This document shows positions 25,592-37,257 of a stretch of 64,000 bases of DNA, piece by piece (position 1 is the stretch's first letter; each line of letters opens with the position of its first letter). This stretch comes from Phoronis australis (lineage: Eukaryota > Animalia > Phoronida). The position numbers were made by a program, and so were the translations under genes. The notes under the pieces were generated by a model that was given only the letters and a program-made list of their open reading frames with translations, searched no databases and was not told the DNA's origin. The stretch covers positions 945,151 to 1,009,150 of the forward strand of contig NMRA01000101.1 in the NCBI GenBank assembly GCA_002633005.1, given 5' to 3'.

Positions 25592-28500
25592 TATGAATCC
25601 AGGGAAGGTTTTACAATGCAACCATTATTTTCTTCAAATATACACCCTTGGCCTATCTGAGAAAGATGTCCATTATATACACCCATTCAGGGCCTAACCA
25701 AAGATGGGCCTGTCTGCAGAAAACCCCATAGGGCAATATGTGTCAGTTTTGTTATAAGTGGTGGTATACACACCTTTCAGATCAGTAGTTGAACTGCAAC
25801 CAATGCCAGAGACAGTTAATTATGCTGGTAGATAAATGCCTATCAGTTGTTTAACTACCACATGAAATCAGAGCTAGAGGCACCTTAATTATGGCGGTAC
25901 ATAAAATTCTATCGGTTTTTGTGACTACCTTATGAAATCAGTGCCAGCATAACCAGAAAGGGTTAAGTAACAAATCGGCGATTTTTTGTTTGCCTACTTC
26001 CGAAAGCAATTACAAAATTGTTTAACTTAGAAGAAAATAATTTATTCCACTGGAAAGAGTTGTCCTTAGGCAACAGGACGTGATCATTTTTGTTCTATGA
26101 CAAAGGTTAATGACAAAATTGTGGTTTAAAAAAGTCGACTCCAACACACGCCATCAGAAATTCCCACACACACAACAGGTATACTGTTGATGTATAGATG
26201 GCGCTGAAGTCGACTATAGTCTCATGTAGGTCGCGTGCGCATCAGCAGCATGTGGTCCCCGGAGAGTCACTTAATGAAATAAATAGAAGCTGTTTCTGAT
26301 GCTCAATGTGGTTAACTCTCACTGGTACCTGCAGTAGCTTCTACGCCTGCTGAGGGTACCAGCACAATTGCAGCTTGTATTACATACGTTTTTACGTTTT
26401 CATGAAAATGTTATTATAAAACGGTATAATATACCAGCGTTTGAATTTAGGCTAGTTACTGTCACAACGAGAGAAATCAAGAGTTGAAATGGAACCATGA
26501 CAGCACCACTAACAGAATGCTTTTACGGGTTTTTAATAGTTTCATACAATGGCCACTAGATGGTGCACAGTACATCAAGCCTGTCCAAAAAATCACAAAG
26601 TGTTGTCGCCTCCCTAAAAGAAAACTAGAGACATATGTGAAAAAAGTAATTCGCCATTTGTTGTTAACGGGAATACTTTAATGCCAAATTTCCAAAATAT
26701 GTCGCTAACAGTTTAGGAGACTATACAGTCGCAGATGCAAAAAATGCCAATATGAGGTAACACAATCATTAGAACGCTCTGAAAATCCAGGTGCTTTTGT
26801 AAGAAGGAACATCCTTTGAGAGGTCAAGTAGCCACCTAAAACAATACAAATAGCCAAGAGGTGCCACAAAATACGTCGAATCTACTCGAAAATCAAAAGG
26901 ATCGTCATCTCTATAATAGAAACCTAATTGTCAAATTTCACGAAAAAAACATCACAGAACTGCAAAGATACATCAAGGTAAACATAAGGAATAAAAATGC
27001 CACTAGGGGAAACAGTGGTGAACTGATTGTTTAAGTTTAACTTGATGCCAACTATTGTCAGATCCATAGAAACACATCTACCTAATTTAACAAAGATCTT
27101 GCAAAGGGATAAGGAGATATAGCTGCAGACACAAGAAGAAAACAAAATAGGTGGCGCCAATGCATGCGAGACAAAATTAAATTACTGAAGGAAGAGTGCA
27201 GTTTTTAATGACACTAAAATTACAGATTGTAGTAAATTCTTTATTTAAATGAGGACTTACACTTTATGTTGCCACATACGGCACACAGCGAAACACTATG
27301 CCTCAAGCAAATTGGCAACAAATTACAACTCGTGCATTTTGAAATCCTTGCCACTAGAAAAAAGCTTTGTTGGCAAAAATTAGTGATAAAATAGTTATTT
27401 GATGAAAGTGTAATGACTGCATGAAGACGACCAAAGCATTTGAAATCTCACTAAAACTTTAAGTATTTCTTTTGACATCTTGACTTGACATGATACACAC
27501 ACCTAGTGTGCTGCTAGGATAACTTCAAAAATGAAAACATAATGAAACAGTAGAGGGTCAACCATTCTTTCGGATGTGTTATTGTGGAGAAAGATTTTAG
27601 GCTCAGCTTTTACGACTGGTTTCTGTGCGATCGTCGAATAGTACTTCGCGCCAACCTGGGGTCTAATTTGCACCCTCTGACCGAGAAATCAAAACTAGGC
27701 AATGCTATAAAAAGGAGATATTACCAGACATTGAAGGTAAATTGAAGTCATTCAATTCCCAGATTTTTTGCTTCAAGCACAGGCAGATGAATTGCCCATG
27801 ACCCATAACGAGCATATGCTCCCAACTTCAACTGTCCCAAATCCAAATAAAATCTGCGTGAACCTCCCTCATTGAAAGTGACACTAAACTATGAGAACAC
27901 ATATGGGCGTGCAAAACAGAGCTTCGACAATGCCAGGTTCGGGATCATCTGTGGAAAATCAGCGGATGTATAAACGAAAGCCGTGCCATCTGCCAAACGT
28001 CACAAAATAGCCTTCTTGAATTTGTGATTTAGGTGTTTTTTTTTTACATTTTTGTTGTCAAATCACCACTTGGAGGTAATTAAATGTGATCAAGTGAAGT
28101 GAAAGAAGGTAAATCGATTTGTTCGATGCTGATTTCGTGGAGTTACTGAGTAGAAAATTCTGAGCAAGCCGATTTTCAGTGTCCAATTTTTATATTTTAC
28201 TACACATGCAGTGAGTGATGTCAGTAGTGATCGCGAAACCGATAAACTCAAGTGGCTGCGGTTTCATCCTCAAGTAACATTTTAGAAAACATACAATTTT
28301 CAGGTCCCTGCGATTTTTAAGGCACTTTCTGCATACTCAGATCGTTCCAAACCCGTCTACGTACATCTTTGCATAAAGGCTATGGTGGTGCCAAACTTTT
28401 ACCCACACCGTTCACTGCTACATGTGTTTTGACGTTCCATACACAGGTGGCTAGCTGGCTAAAAACATGCCGAGATGGTGCGTGTCGTGAATCACATCAG

Positions 28501-28670
28501 GACGTCACTCATCAGGCATCATCGTAACTATCACTCAGAGACAATCACCATCAGACATCTCTAGTTAAATTAAATTGGGTAACCCCAACATCGAAAAGAA
28601 TCCTTTGTAAGCAATATTAAATTGTAACAATTGTACTCAACAAAATAATAATAACAAAACGTCAGCTTAC

Positions 28671-28723
28671 CTTTCCCCCTGCTGCTTGAACAGCTGAAGC
28701 GCAACAAAACAATCAATGTCGTT
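28671..28723 (-). other. Candidate non-coding first exon of the rabphilin-family gene
   Basis: Strong donor AAG|GTAAGC at 28671/28670, directly downstream of the mirrored element. The first coding exon has a UTR acceptor at 16513 that needs an upstream donor. The TSS position is not determinable. Confidence 0.45.
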
Positions 28724-28835
28724 GTTAAAGCCCAAGTATAGATGTGCACTCCGGTTAAACTGGGTAGCCTACACGGTTCGTCCGCGCAGGCCAAGTATAG
28801 CCAAGTCTAAGCAGTCTACCGTTGAAATTTAAATA
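28724..28835 (-). promoter_or_regulatory. Mirrored promoter-proximal element, rabphilin-facing copy
   Basis: Its reverse complement aligns with 30338-30451 (39/45 and 14/15 identical blocks). The regulatory role is inferred from position only. Confidence 0.5.
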
Positions 28836-29281
28836 ACTGACACAGTTATAAAATTACCAAAATCGGTTTCATTTATGAGCATATAATCATTACGGAACTG
28901 TCTGTTTGGTAGGTAGAATTACTTACCATGCTGTTTAGGAGTCAAATAAGTTGCAGTTAATTACATCGCCTCAGGCTGCTGATGTTATTGTTCTCTAGAT
29001 AATCAGACTGATCATAAACACATTGGGGCAACAATTTAATCAGTTTGAAAGTTTTTAAATAGCATATTTAAATAGTTTGTGACAAGTACATGTGATTTGA
29101 TTTTTGAATTTTGATAATCGGATAAGAAATGTGGCTTTTACAACCCCAAAGTTTGAATAATGTTATCATAATATGTTCTTCATTAATTCTGGTGATTGTG
29201 GAACATCCATGTATTTGGGCCACTTATTAAACCACCAGGCAGCAGTGGAATTTCAGGTTAATGCCAAATATTGTCCTCATA

Positions 29282-30220
29282 CATAGGCGGAAAAAAAATA
29301 AAACAGCAAGAGCGCAGGGAAATGTTGAGTTTATTAATTAACCCAGGTAATTAAAATTATACGGATGAAACAAGATTTGAATGTGTGCAGTTTTGGTGTT
29401 TAGGGGGGGCTCAGATCCAATTTCAAGTGTCAAATTCAGAACACAGCGCATTCGTAACGGAACTATGGCTAAGTATAGGCTCTCCCGCGATATCCCAGGT
29501 GACCGGCAGTGGCGCTGCGCACTACGACCCGTTTCCGTCGTCTGCTCCGCTGTGCTATGAAGAAAATTTACTTCATTTTTTAAAGAAAATGGAACCTGAG
29601 TGACGATGAAAAAACAGAGGCTGTTGGTAAGATGTGAATTATAATCGAAGCCTTAGTGAATCACACAGAAACTGGCATAATTCTCTCCTTGTCAAATCTT
29701 AACTTAAGACGATTTCCAAAGCAATCCCGTCATTATTGCCAACACAAAAAACAGATTTGGTCTTTTGGGCATTTGGAGACTATTTTAAATACAAAAAATT
29801 TGTTAAGAACCGATTGCACAAAATATAAAACATGTAATAAGGATTACAAAAAGAAGTAGGTTTCGTGCGCAAACGCTGTGGACCGTAAACAAGTAGGTCT
29901 CTTAGAAAGAGATTACTAGTTAAATCGTGGTGGTGTAGTGGTTAAGTATGCGCGATCTATTCGCCAGGTCGTGAGTTCGAGTCTGTAGAATGTGCATTTT
30001 TTCCTGTTTGACACGTTCCTGTTTTTTTGCTTTTTTTTCTTGGATAACACTTCAGGAATCAAGGAAAATGCTCGATTTTTAGAGGAAAAAACTGAAAAAT
30101 TTCCTGGGCGGGACCTCCCCCCATTCGGTGTTATACGCATCAACAATCGTGGTTGGCGCAAATGCTTACAGCCGGTCAAAATGTTGGGCCCCCCCTTGTG
30201 ATATCCTAGATCCGCCACTG
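29282..30220 (+). mobile_element. Same hAT-like element, copy 3, inserted between the divergent genes
   Basis: Same termini with the G/C hairpin after the left TIR deleted; TSD TCATA. Confidence 0.88.
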
Positions 30221-30337
30221 TCATACAATTCTTGACATGACAAGTGAAAAGGAATTAGAACGAGCCTCTGAAGTAACAACGAAAGAATGGCACATGACAA
30301 TTTTTTTTGCAGTCGGTTACTTTATAGCAATGGTAAA

Positions 30338-30451
30338 TATTTGGGTTTTAACGGTACACCATCCAAATGGTTCATTTCAACTTGGGCTGCGGGGTGGAAC
30401 CGTATAGGCTGCCCAGTTTAACCGTGGCTATAAACCTACTTGGGTTTTAAC
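30338..30451 (+). promoter_or_regulatory. Mirrored promoter-proximal element, PGAM5-facing copy
   Basis: Ends 141 bp before the PGAM5 ATG, contains TTGGGTTTTAACG twice, and is an inverted homolog of 28724-28835. Confidence 0.5.
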
Positions 30452-30591
30452 GTCGCCTTCAAACACAACCGCTAGATAGCGCGGCTGTTTCAATCTTCCA
30501 CTAGAGGTCCTCCTCAGCAGTATTTCCGGCTTTCAGCCAGTTCAGTTCAATTCAGGTGCTTACCGGTTTGTTTTCAACCTTCAAATCGACG

Positions 30592-30809
30592 ATGAGTAGC
30601 CTGAAGAACGTATTGCGTCTGGGGAAAATGCTGTGTGGTGTAGGAGTTGTTGGTGGATCTGTTTTGGTCGCAGCCACTGTGATCGATGAAGGAATGAGCC
30701 CGTCACTGTGGTCAAAAAATGTCTTTGCAGCTACTCCAGAAGTCCAGGCTCCATCCACTCATTTGCAAAAGTTTGGGCCAGGGTGTAAATGGGATTTCAA
30801 TTGGGACAG
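30592..30809 (+). CDS. PGAM5: PGAM5 mitochondrial Ser/Thr protein phosphatase, exon 1 (N-terminal hydrophobic anchor, WDFNWD motif)
   Basis: ATG at 30592. The WDxNWD allosteric motif is diagnostic for PGAM5. Donor AG|GTAGC is phase 2. Confidence 0.92.
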
Positions 30810-31854
30810 GTAGCTTGTTTACCGCAACTTTATTTCATGAATCATTTACAAATAAGAATGTTATTGACGTGCTTCTGGTGAATCACATGACCCTTGGCTT
30901 TGTTAGCCATTCTATTATTAGTATTATGGTGCCAGTTATCAGTAGATCAATCGAATCCGCCATGAATTTTACTCCGATAAGTCTTTGGCATACCTGCAGA
31001 CTGCCGTAGTTCCTACATTAGGCAATACATTGCCTGTGAATGCTGTAGTCATACTGTAGATACCTTATAAGGCCAGTTGCGAAATAACGATGTTTATCGT
31101 CTGGGGCATGCGAGGCATTTTTTAAATTCTTTTATTCTATGGTATCACCAGAAGTAGTGTCACAGACCCTTGTGACAGATGTCTGATGAATATACTTGGA
31201 GTTTAGTGTTGTTATGAGCAAGCACAATCCTCAAGCTTTAGTCTTATTACGAGGAGTTTCAGGGAAACGTGGCAGTGTTCTGCTTGATGTTTGCAGCGAC
31301 ACAGCTGATATGATTCGCAGCTCCCGTATATACCTAGAGGCCATACACTCTGCTGCAAATCCATTTGATGATTGATGAATTTCCGTTCTCTATGTGCTAA
31401 AGTTTTTACTGATGCTTACAAACAGATTTTTTAAATAAAAAATCAACGTGATTCATTATTTATTCATACAAGTGCAATAAACATGTTTATTTTTTACCTG
31501 GCCTACTAGTAATGGAACTCCTCAACCAATTGATGAACAAGTATATTACTAGTAAACAATGTGCATGAAAACAGTTACGTCATTGGTCTGTCTCTATTTA
31601 CTGTTAAAACATTTTTTTCTGTTTTATTTCTGACTTAGTAGATAATGGACCATATAGATTGTTGCATGATATGGGTGAAGGAAAGTCAACATTCATTTGA
31701 TAAAGGTGCTTCACTTCTGATGTTCTTCATGGAAATCTATTTGTTTTTATTTTTAAAGAGAGTAACACTGATTTCAAGAATTATTGTGATGCAATGTGCA
31801 CTAGTACATTGTGTATTTAATCTTAATCTTATCTTTGAATAATTTTGTTATCAG

Positions 31855-32033
31855 ACGAGAACCAAGCAGTTTATTAAAACCACCAAATAAAGAAGACGAA
31901 GTGGACAGTAATGAGTACCATGAGAAATTGAAAGGAATGAAGGCTACTGCTACCAGACATATATTGCTTGTACGCCACGGACAATATAACATTAACAATG
32001 ACAATGATGCCAAGAGAACTCTAACAAATTTAG
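31855..32033 (+). CDS. PGAM5: PGAM5 exon 2 (REPSSL...KATATRHILLVRHGQY, catalytic RHG)
   Basis: Acceptor TATCAG| and donor G|GTAAA. Contains the histidine-phosphatase RHG motif. Confidence 0.96.
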
Positions 32034-32375
32034 GTAAATTGACAAGGTGTTATTTGATTTACTCTTTTGCTTCTGATAATATTCTTCCTTTAGTTATTGT
32101 TTTCATTTAGGCATCCCTCAGACATTCGTGGACGTTTTGGGCATAATTAAAGTTTCTTACAATTCCAAAGTGAATTGTTGAATAGTAGTTGTACACAACT
32201 GTTGTGACAATTTTAGGCATGGACCCAATTTTTTCTGTTGTTTACTATAATTACAATAGTAATTTTCAAGAGTTTTTGCTTCAACATTTTGTTTCATCAA
32301 TATTGTTTCTAAAGTCTCTCATGTGTGCAGGTTTGTATAAAGTTTGTGACTCAATGTTGTTTTCTGTATGTGCAG

Positions 32376-32501
32376 GTATTTCTCAAGCTGTACAGACTGG
32401 AGAGCGGTTAGCTGAACTTGGTTTACCCTATAAGAGCATAGTTCATTCCACCATGACCAGAGCTACAGAAACAGCCAAAGTGATCAGTGAATCCCTGCCT
32501 G
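32376..32501 (+). CDS. PGAM5: PGAM5 exon 3 (QAVQTGERLAELGL...HSTMTRATETA)
   Basis: Acceptor TGCAG| and donor G|GTATG; 126 nt, phase 1 to 1. SxMTRAxET motif. Confidence 0.96.
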
Positions 32502-34180
32502 GTATGATTGAATGCTGTATCACCTGAGCTTGGACGCCAGAGGAACTCATTAGCATTTTGGTGACCTTGTTGAACCTCTATTCATCAATCACTTTAACAT
32601 CTTCTAGGCTCTCCATGTATATTTTGCTTAGTTCTCATTTTGTACCATTTCTGTTTTACTACCTATAAATTTCAGTGCTTACTTCCTCCCAGAACAAAAA
32701 TCTACTTAGTTCTTGTCTTTTACGTGAGTCAAACTAACAAACTGAGGTTCTACAAGGAGTGTCATGAGTCACTCAGTTAGCCGCCATGCTAATATGAAAG
32801 AGAAACTGGTGTCATATTAATATGCGCCACTTATATACACATGTGGGACTTATTTCCATCATCTGTGTCCATGCGTCAGGCGTACACTGCCGTACCTCCT
32901 TAACCCCTTGCACGATGCCAACAAGATTTGATAGATATCTTCCTATCGAGATGACAACTAGCTTTGGACCTATCTGAGTATTTTTAAATTTGTGTCCCCT
33001 ACTAGCAATTTTCTTTTCTCTCCGTTTACCTCAGTGTATTTAGAGTTCTGTGATTTTTTTCATGAAATACTGGGGTCCATTTCTGTACCTCCTAAACCCT
33101 TGCAGAATCTTAATTGAAATTTGGCAGATGCCTTTCTATGAAACTGACGACAGATGACGACGAAACTGACGACAGATGACGACAAGTCTTACATTGATCC
33201 AGCTACTGTTGAGCTCCTTAGTGGCAATTTTACATTTTATGTTTGTTTCTGTATCAGGGCTTGGAATTTTCCTCTTTTAAGAGGATTTCCTATTTTTTTG
33301 GTTTTTATTCCCTCTTATTTGATATCCAGTTTCGTCTTTTTTCCTAACTTTTTATCACTAATTTGACTTAATTCATGCAAAACCGTTTATTTTACTTAAT
33401 AGGTTTTACAACACAAAAATATTTCTATCAAACAAGTCAATTTATTTTTGGCCTGATACATCATCTGGAAAATTTTCCTCTTTTTCTCATTGGTCATTCC
33501 AAGCCCTGCTGTATATTTGGAGATCCTTGATGGACTTTCATGAAATTTGGCTATTAATGAGACAATGACACCACATTTTCACAATTGTTTGTTAGTGTTC
33601 CTATGAAGCTGACGACAGATGAGGAAAAGTTTTGAATTGATCCGACTGTCTCAAGTGGCTATTTTAGTTTTTTACATTGCTTCAGTATCTTCCTAGTGAA
33701 TTGGTAGGTTTTCATGAAATTTGACAAATAGGTTGCTATTAAGGAGGCGATCACGCCATTCCATTTTCCGAAATATTTTGCATCATCTGATGGCCATTTT
33801 TGTTCCTTTTAGTCTGTTTTTTGGCACCCACCTATCTGTTTGTCAAACTGCTTGAAGGATCATTGTCAAAATTGACATGTGTTTCTGCGGAGTAGACTAC
33901 AGCTGACATTGGTTTTCGGATGAGTCCAACTACTGTGGCACCTCCTAGTGGGAATTTTGTTTTTGTTACATCCACACCTGTATCTCTTTAACCCAGGATC
34001 TTTGGAAAGTGCTTTCCTTGATGGATCTTCATGATATTTAGATATGTTTTTATTGATAATAGTATCTGGTAAAACTGATGTGGATTTTAGTTCAATCCTC
34101 GCTAACGCGGACTGTGAAATATTGACCATTAACAATACTGCTGATGTATTTGACAGCTGTGCTTTCCCTTGTGCTTCCAG

Positions 34181-34269
34181 GCGTTCCAATGACCACTTGT
34201 GAGTTGATAAGAGAAGGCGCCCCATATCCTCCTGAACCACCTTCTGTTAACTGGAAACCAGAAGCTAAG
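34181..34269 (+). CDS. PGAM5: PGAM5 exon 4 (CELIREGAPYPPEPPSVNWKPE)
   Basis: Acceptor TTCCAG| and donor AAG|GTACT. REGAPxxPxPPxxxWKPE motif. Confidence 0.95.
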
Positions 34270-34584
34270 GTACTTCCAAGTGATGTTGATGATCGATTGG
34301 ACAAAACAATATTTTGCCATTTAAACTCTTCTAAAACGTTTTGTAAATTGATGCTTGGCAATCCATATTTTTGTTGCTTTTTAGGTTATTTGTATGTGCC
34401 CACATATATATATGGGCAACTAGTGGCAATTTTAGTTTTTATATTAGCCTCCATATCTGCCACATTTCTTAACAGATTTTCATGAAATTTGGTATGTAGG
34501 TTTCTGGTATGTAGACAACAACACCTTTCTATTTTCAATTGGAGTCTATGTAATCTGCCTCTCTTAGTTGCATTTTTGTAGAAG

Positions 34585-34810
34585 GAGATGGTGTGTCCTA
34601 GTGGGATAATTGTCCACATCTTTCACATAAGGTCATGGGTTCAAGTCCAACTCTAGTAATCTATTAGACATTCGAGTCAAGTCTCTTAAGCTCCTCAGCT
34701 TACTTTAAACTATGCATTAACATAGCATAAAAATGGTTCCAGGTGATCGGTGCAATGGGCCCACTTGAATAGTCCACGTATGCCTGGTACAATGTGTACC
34801 AGACCAATTA
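34585..34810 (+). mobile_element. tRNA-derived SINE (degenerate) in PGAM5 intron 4
   Basis: A-box-like TGTCCTAGTGG and B box GGTTCAAGTCC about 33 nt apart. Confidence 0.4.
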
Positions 34811-35023
34811 TTTTCCATTTTTGTTAATATTTTGAGCTTGCTTTTGGTGTCTGCATCCCTGTCTACCAAACCGCTGGAGGAATCATGAAATTTCACAGAT
34901 GTGTTCTTAATGAGATCAGCACGGCTGATGGGTCAAACTACTACGACACCCTCTAGTGGGAATTTACCTTTTTTGTATGCCTTCTTATCGACCGAATTTC
35001 TGAATAGATTTTCATGAAACTTT

Positions 35024-35393
35024 ACTGATAGGTGTCTATTGTGGTGATCCCAATGACTAGACTGATAGGTGTCTATTGTTGTGACTCCAATGACTAGACT
35101 GATAGGTGTCTATTGTGGTGACCCCAATGACTTGACTGATAGGTGTCTATTGTGGTGACTCCAATGACTAGACTGATAGGTGTCTATTGTGGTGACCCCA
35201 ATGACTAGACTGATATGTGTCTATTGTGGTGACCCCAATGACTAGACTGATATGTGTCTATTTTGGTGACCCCAATGACTAGACTGATATGTGTCTATTT
35301 TGGTGACCCCAATGACTGGACTGATAGGTGTCTATTGTGGTGACCCCAATGACTAGACTGATAGGTGTCTATTGTGGTGATTCCAATGACTAG
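35024..35393. repeat. 37-bp minisatellite x10 (ACTGATAGGTGTCTATTGTGGTGACCCCAATGACTAG)
   Basis: Ten near-identical head-to-tail units with no spacers. Confidence 0.96.
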
Positions 35394-36046
35394 ACCACAT
35401 CATTTCATTAAGACATCTGTCCTTCTTGAAGGAATACATAATAACAATGCGCATAATAACGATGCGACTGGAATTAATATGAGAGTAACTGTAGAAAGAC
35501 ACCATGAAGTTGGGTCAAACACATAGTGGGTGGTCCTACAAATGATGTATTTCAAAAGCTGGGCTCAGATTCAATAACACTAGTATTTCGCTAGAAAAGT
35601 AATGATAGCATGTGATTTTGGCAAGACTTTACTCACTGCAAGACAAGCATTGAACCTGATCTCTATTCCTGCTTTGGAAATGATGAGCTTTTGTCAATGG
35701 TTGTAATAAGTGACAGTATTAGACTGGTGTTAGTAAGACTTGTTAAACAAAGTTAGAGATGATTCTTCAAGAACAAATTAAGATATTATAGTGAATTATA
35801 TTCTACGTGGTTCAGAAGCTTTAAAATACAGGTAACATACTGAACACTTGATTCTCATAATAAGCATTAATACTTTTTCAAACTTGCTTCTCCATTATAC
35901 ATTTGAATAATAAAATGACCAACGTTTGCTACAGTGTTCTATTGGTGTCACAGACACAGGCAAACAAGTATTCACTTTAGAATATTCTTCGTATAGTTAG
36001 GATTCTGGCTGGAGGGTAATGTTTTTCCCTGATTTTCCAATTTCAG

Positions 36047-36180
36047 CAGTTTTTTGAAGATGGTGCTCGAATTGAAGCTGGTTTCAGAAAGCACATCCAC
36101 CGAGCACCTCCATCACAGAAGGAGGACAGTTATGAGGTGATTGTGTGCCATGCAAATGTCATCAGATATTATGTGTGTAG
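36047..36180 (+). CDS. PGAM5: PGAM5 exon 5 ([20 protein letters not shown]...[20 protein letters not shown])
   Basis: Acceptor TTTCAG| and donor AG|GTAAG. DGARIEA and CHANVIRY motifs. Absent from the ORF track. Confidence 0.96.
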
Positions 36181-37106
36181 GTAAGGAAGTAGTGTTGCTT
36201 GGCTTATATTTCTAAACATCATTTAGTTCGTCATTATCAAGTCGCAATCAACATTTGTTGTGTTTTGTGGGTTCCATGACTCTAAAACAATAACATTTGA
36301 CTTCAAAAATGCTTGTAAGTTTACCGTAATTCTTGACTAATACCTCTCGAATGCACTAGAATTCCGTTGCTCACACCTTGATTATGTAGTGCTCACCAGG
36401 TACTCCGTGAGTTCCTCACAAGAAAACACTGGCTTAAGTCCCGTGCCTGTCAGTTTGCTCAGTAAACTTCTTGCAAATTCAAACCTTGATGGAAATTTAG
36501 TCCCAACCCCAATTATATGCAAGTGAACATAGTGTTCTGACATCATCAATCCAAGTGGTACAATTTAAATAATGTCTATTCCATGTGAGGTCGCAACAAA
36601 GTATTTTGTGTTCGATACTCATAATTAATGACTCAAATTTGATTCGCAACATCTCACAAACTCCTCAGTAGGGCACATTTTCTTCTCATTGTGTCTCCCG
36701 TAGTAGATTTTTATTAAGGAAGACAAAAAGGTTCAAGTCTGTAAGATAACATTTAGCAATGTGTTAGAGGGAATACATTTTGTTGGTCCCGCTCTCCAGA
36801 TTGTCATAAGGTAAGGCATATTAAGCCTCTTGCATGTTTCCAAAGTTACAACAAAAGTGGCACAAATTCCCTGTCTGGTTGAATAACTTTGCTTAACATC
36901 TATTGTAGTGCACGTGGAAATTCAGCATGTGCTATTACAATCATCAGGTGAATTCCAGCATGCTGACGCCTTGGGAATAGGACAAAAATCCATCTTGGTT
37001 CTTATGTGGTGGGGGCCTTTATTAGTTGCTGTTAGATCACAACATTGCAAGCAAGGTGAATGAGACAAGTACGTCTATGTAACTATTCTCTTGTTGTGTG
37101 TTACAG

Positions 37107-37257
37107 AGCTCTTCAACTACCTCCAGAAGCCTGGCTAAGAATGAGTCTGCACAATGGTAGTATTACTTGGTTGGTTATTCGACCCAGTGGACGTGTGGCC
37201 CTCAGAATGCTTGGTGACGTGGGCTTCATGCCAAAACACCTAATGACAACCACATAA
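37107..37257 (+). CDS. PGAM5: PGAM5 exon 6 ([49 protein letters not shown])
   Basis: Acceptor TTACAG| and TAA stop at 37255-37257. The six exons sum to 897 nt, or 298 aa plus stop. Confidence 0.96.

Noticed and set aside
28921-28990. Alternative rabphilin first exon ending ATG|GTAAGT at 28927
   Set aside because: A donor consensus alone is insufficient without transcript data.
30520-30556. Spliced-leader trans-splice acceptor (TTCAG repeats) before the PGAM5 ATG
   Set aside because: Cannot be distinguished from ordinary 5'UTR, and the organism is unknown.
35024-35393. CRISPR-like 37-bp repeat array
   Set aside because: The units are contiguous with no unique spacers, the context is a eukaryotic intron, and there are no cas genes. 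It is a minisatellite.
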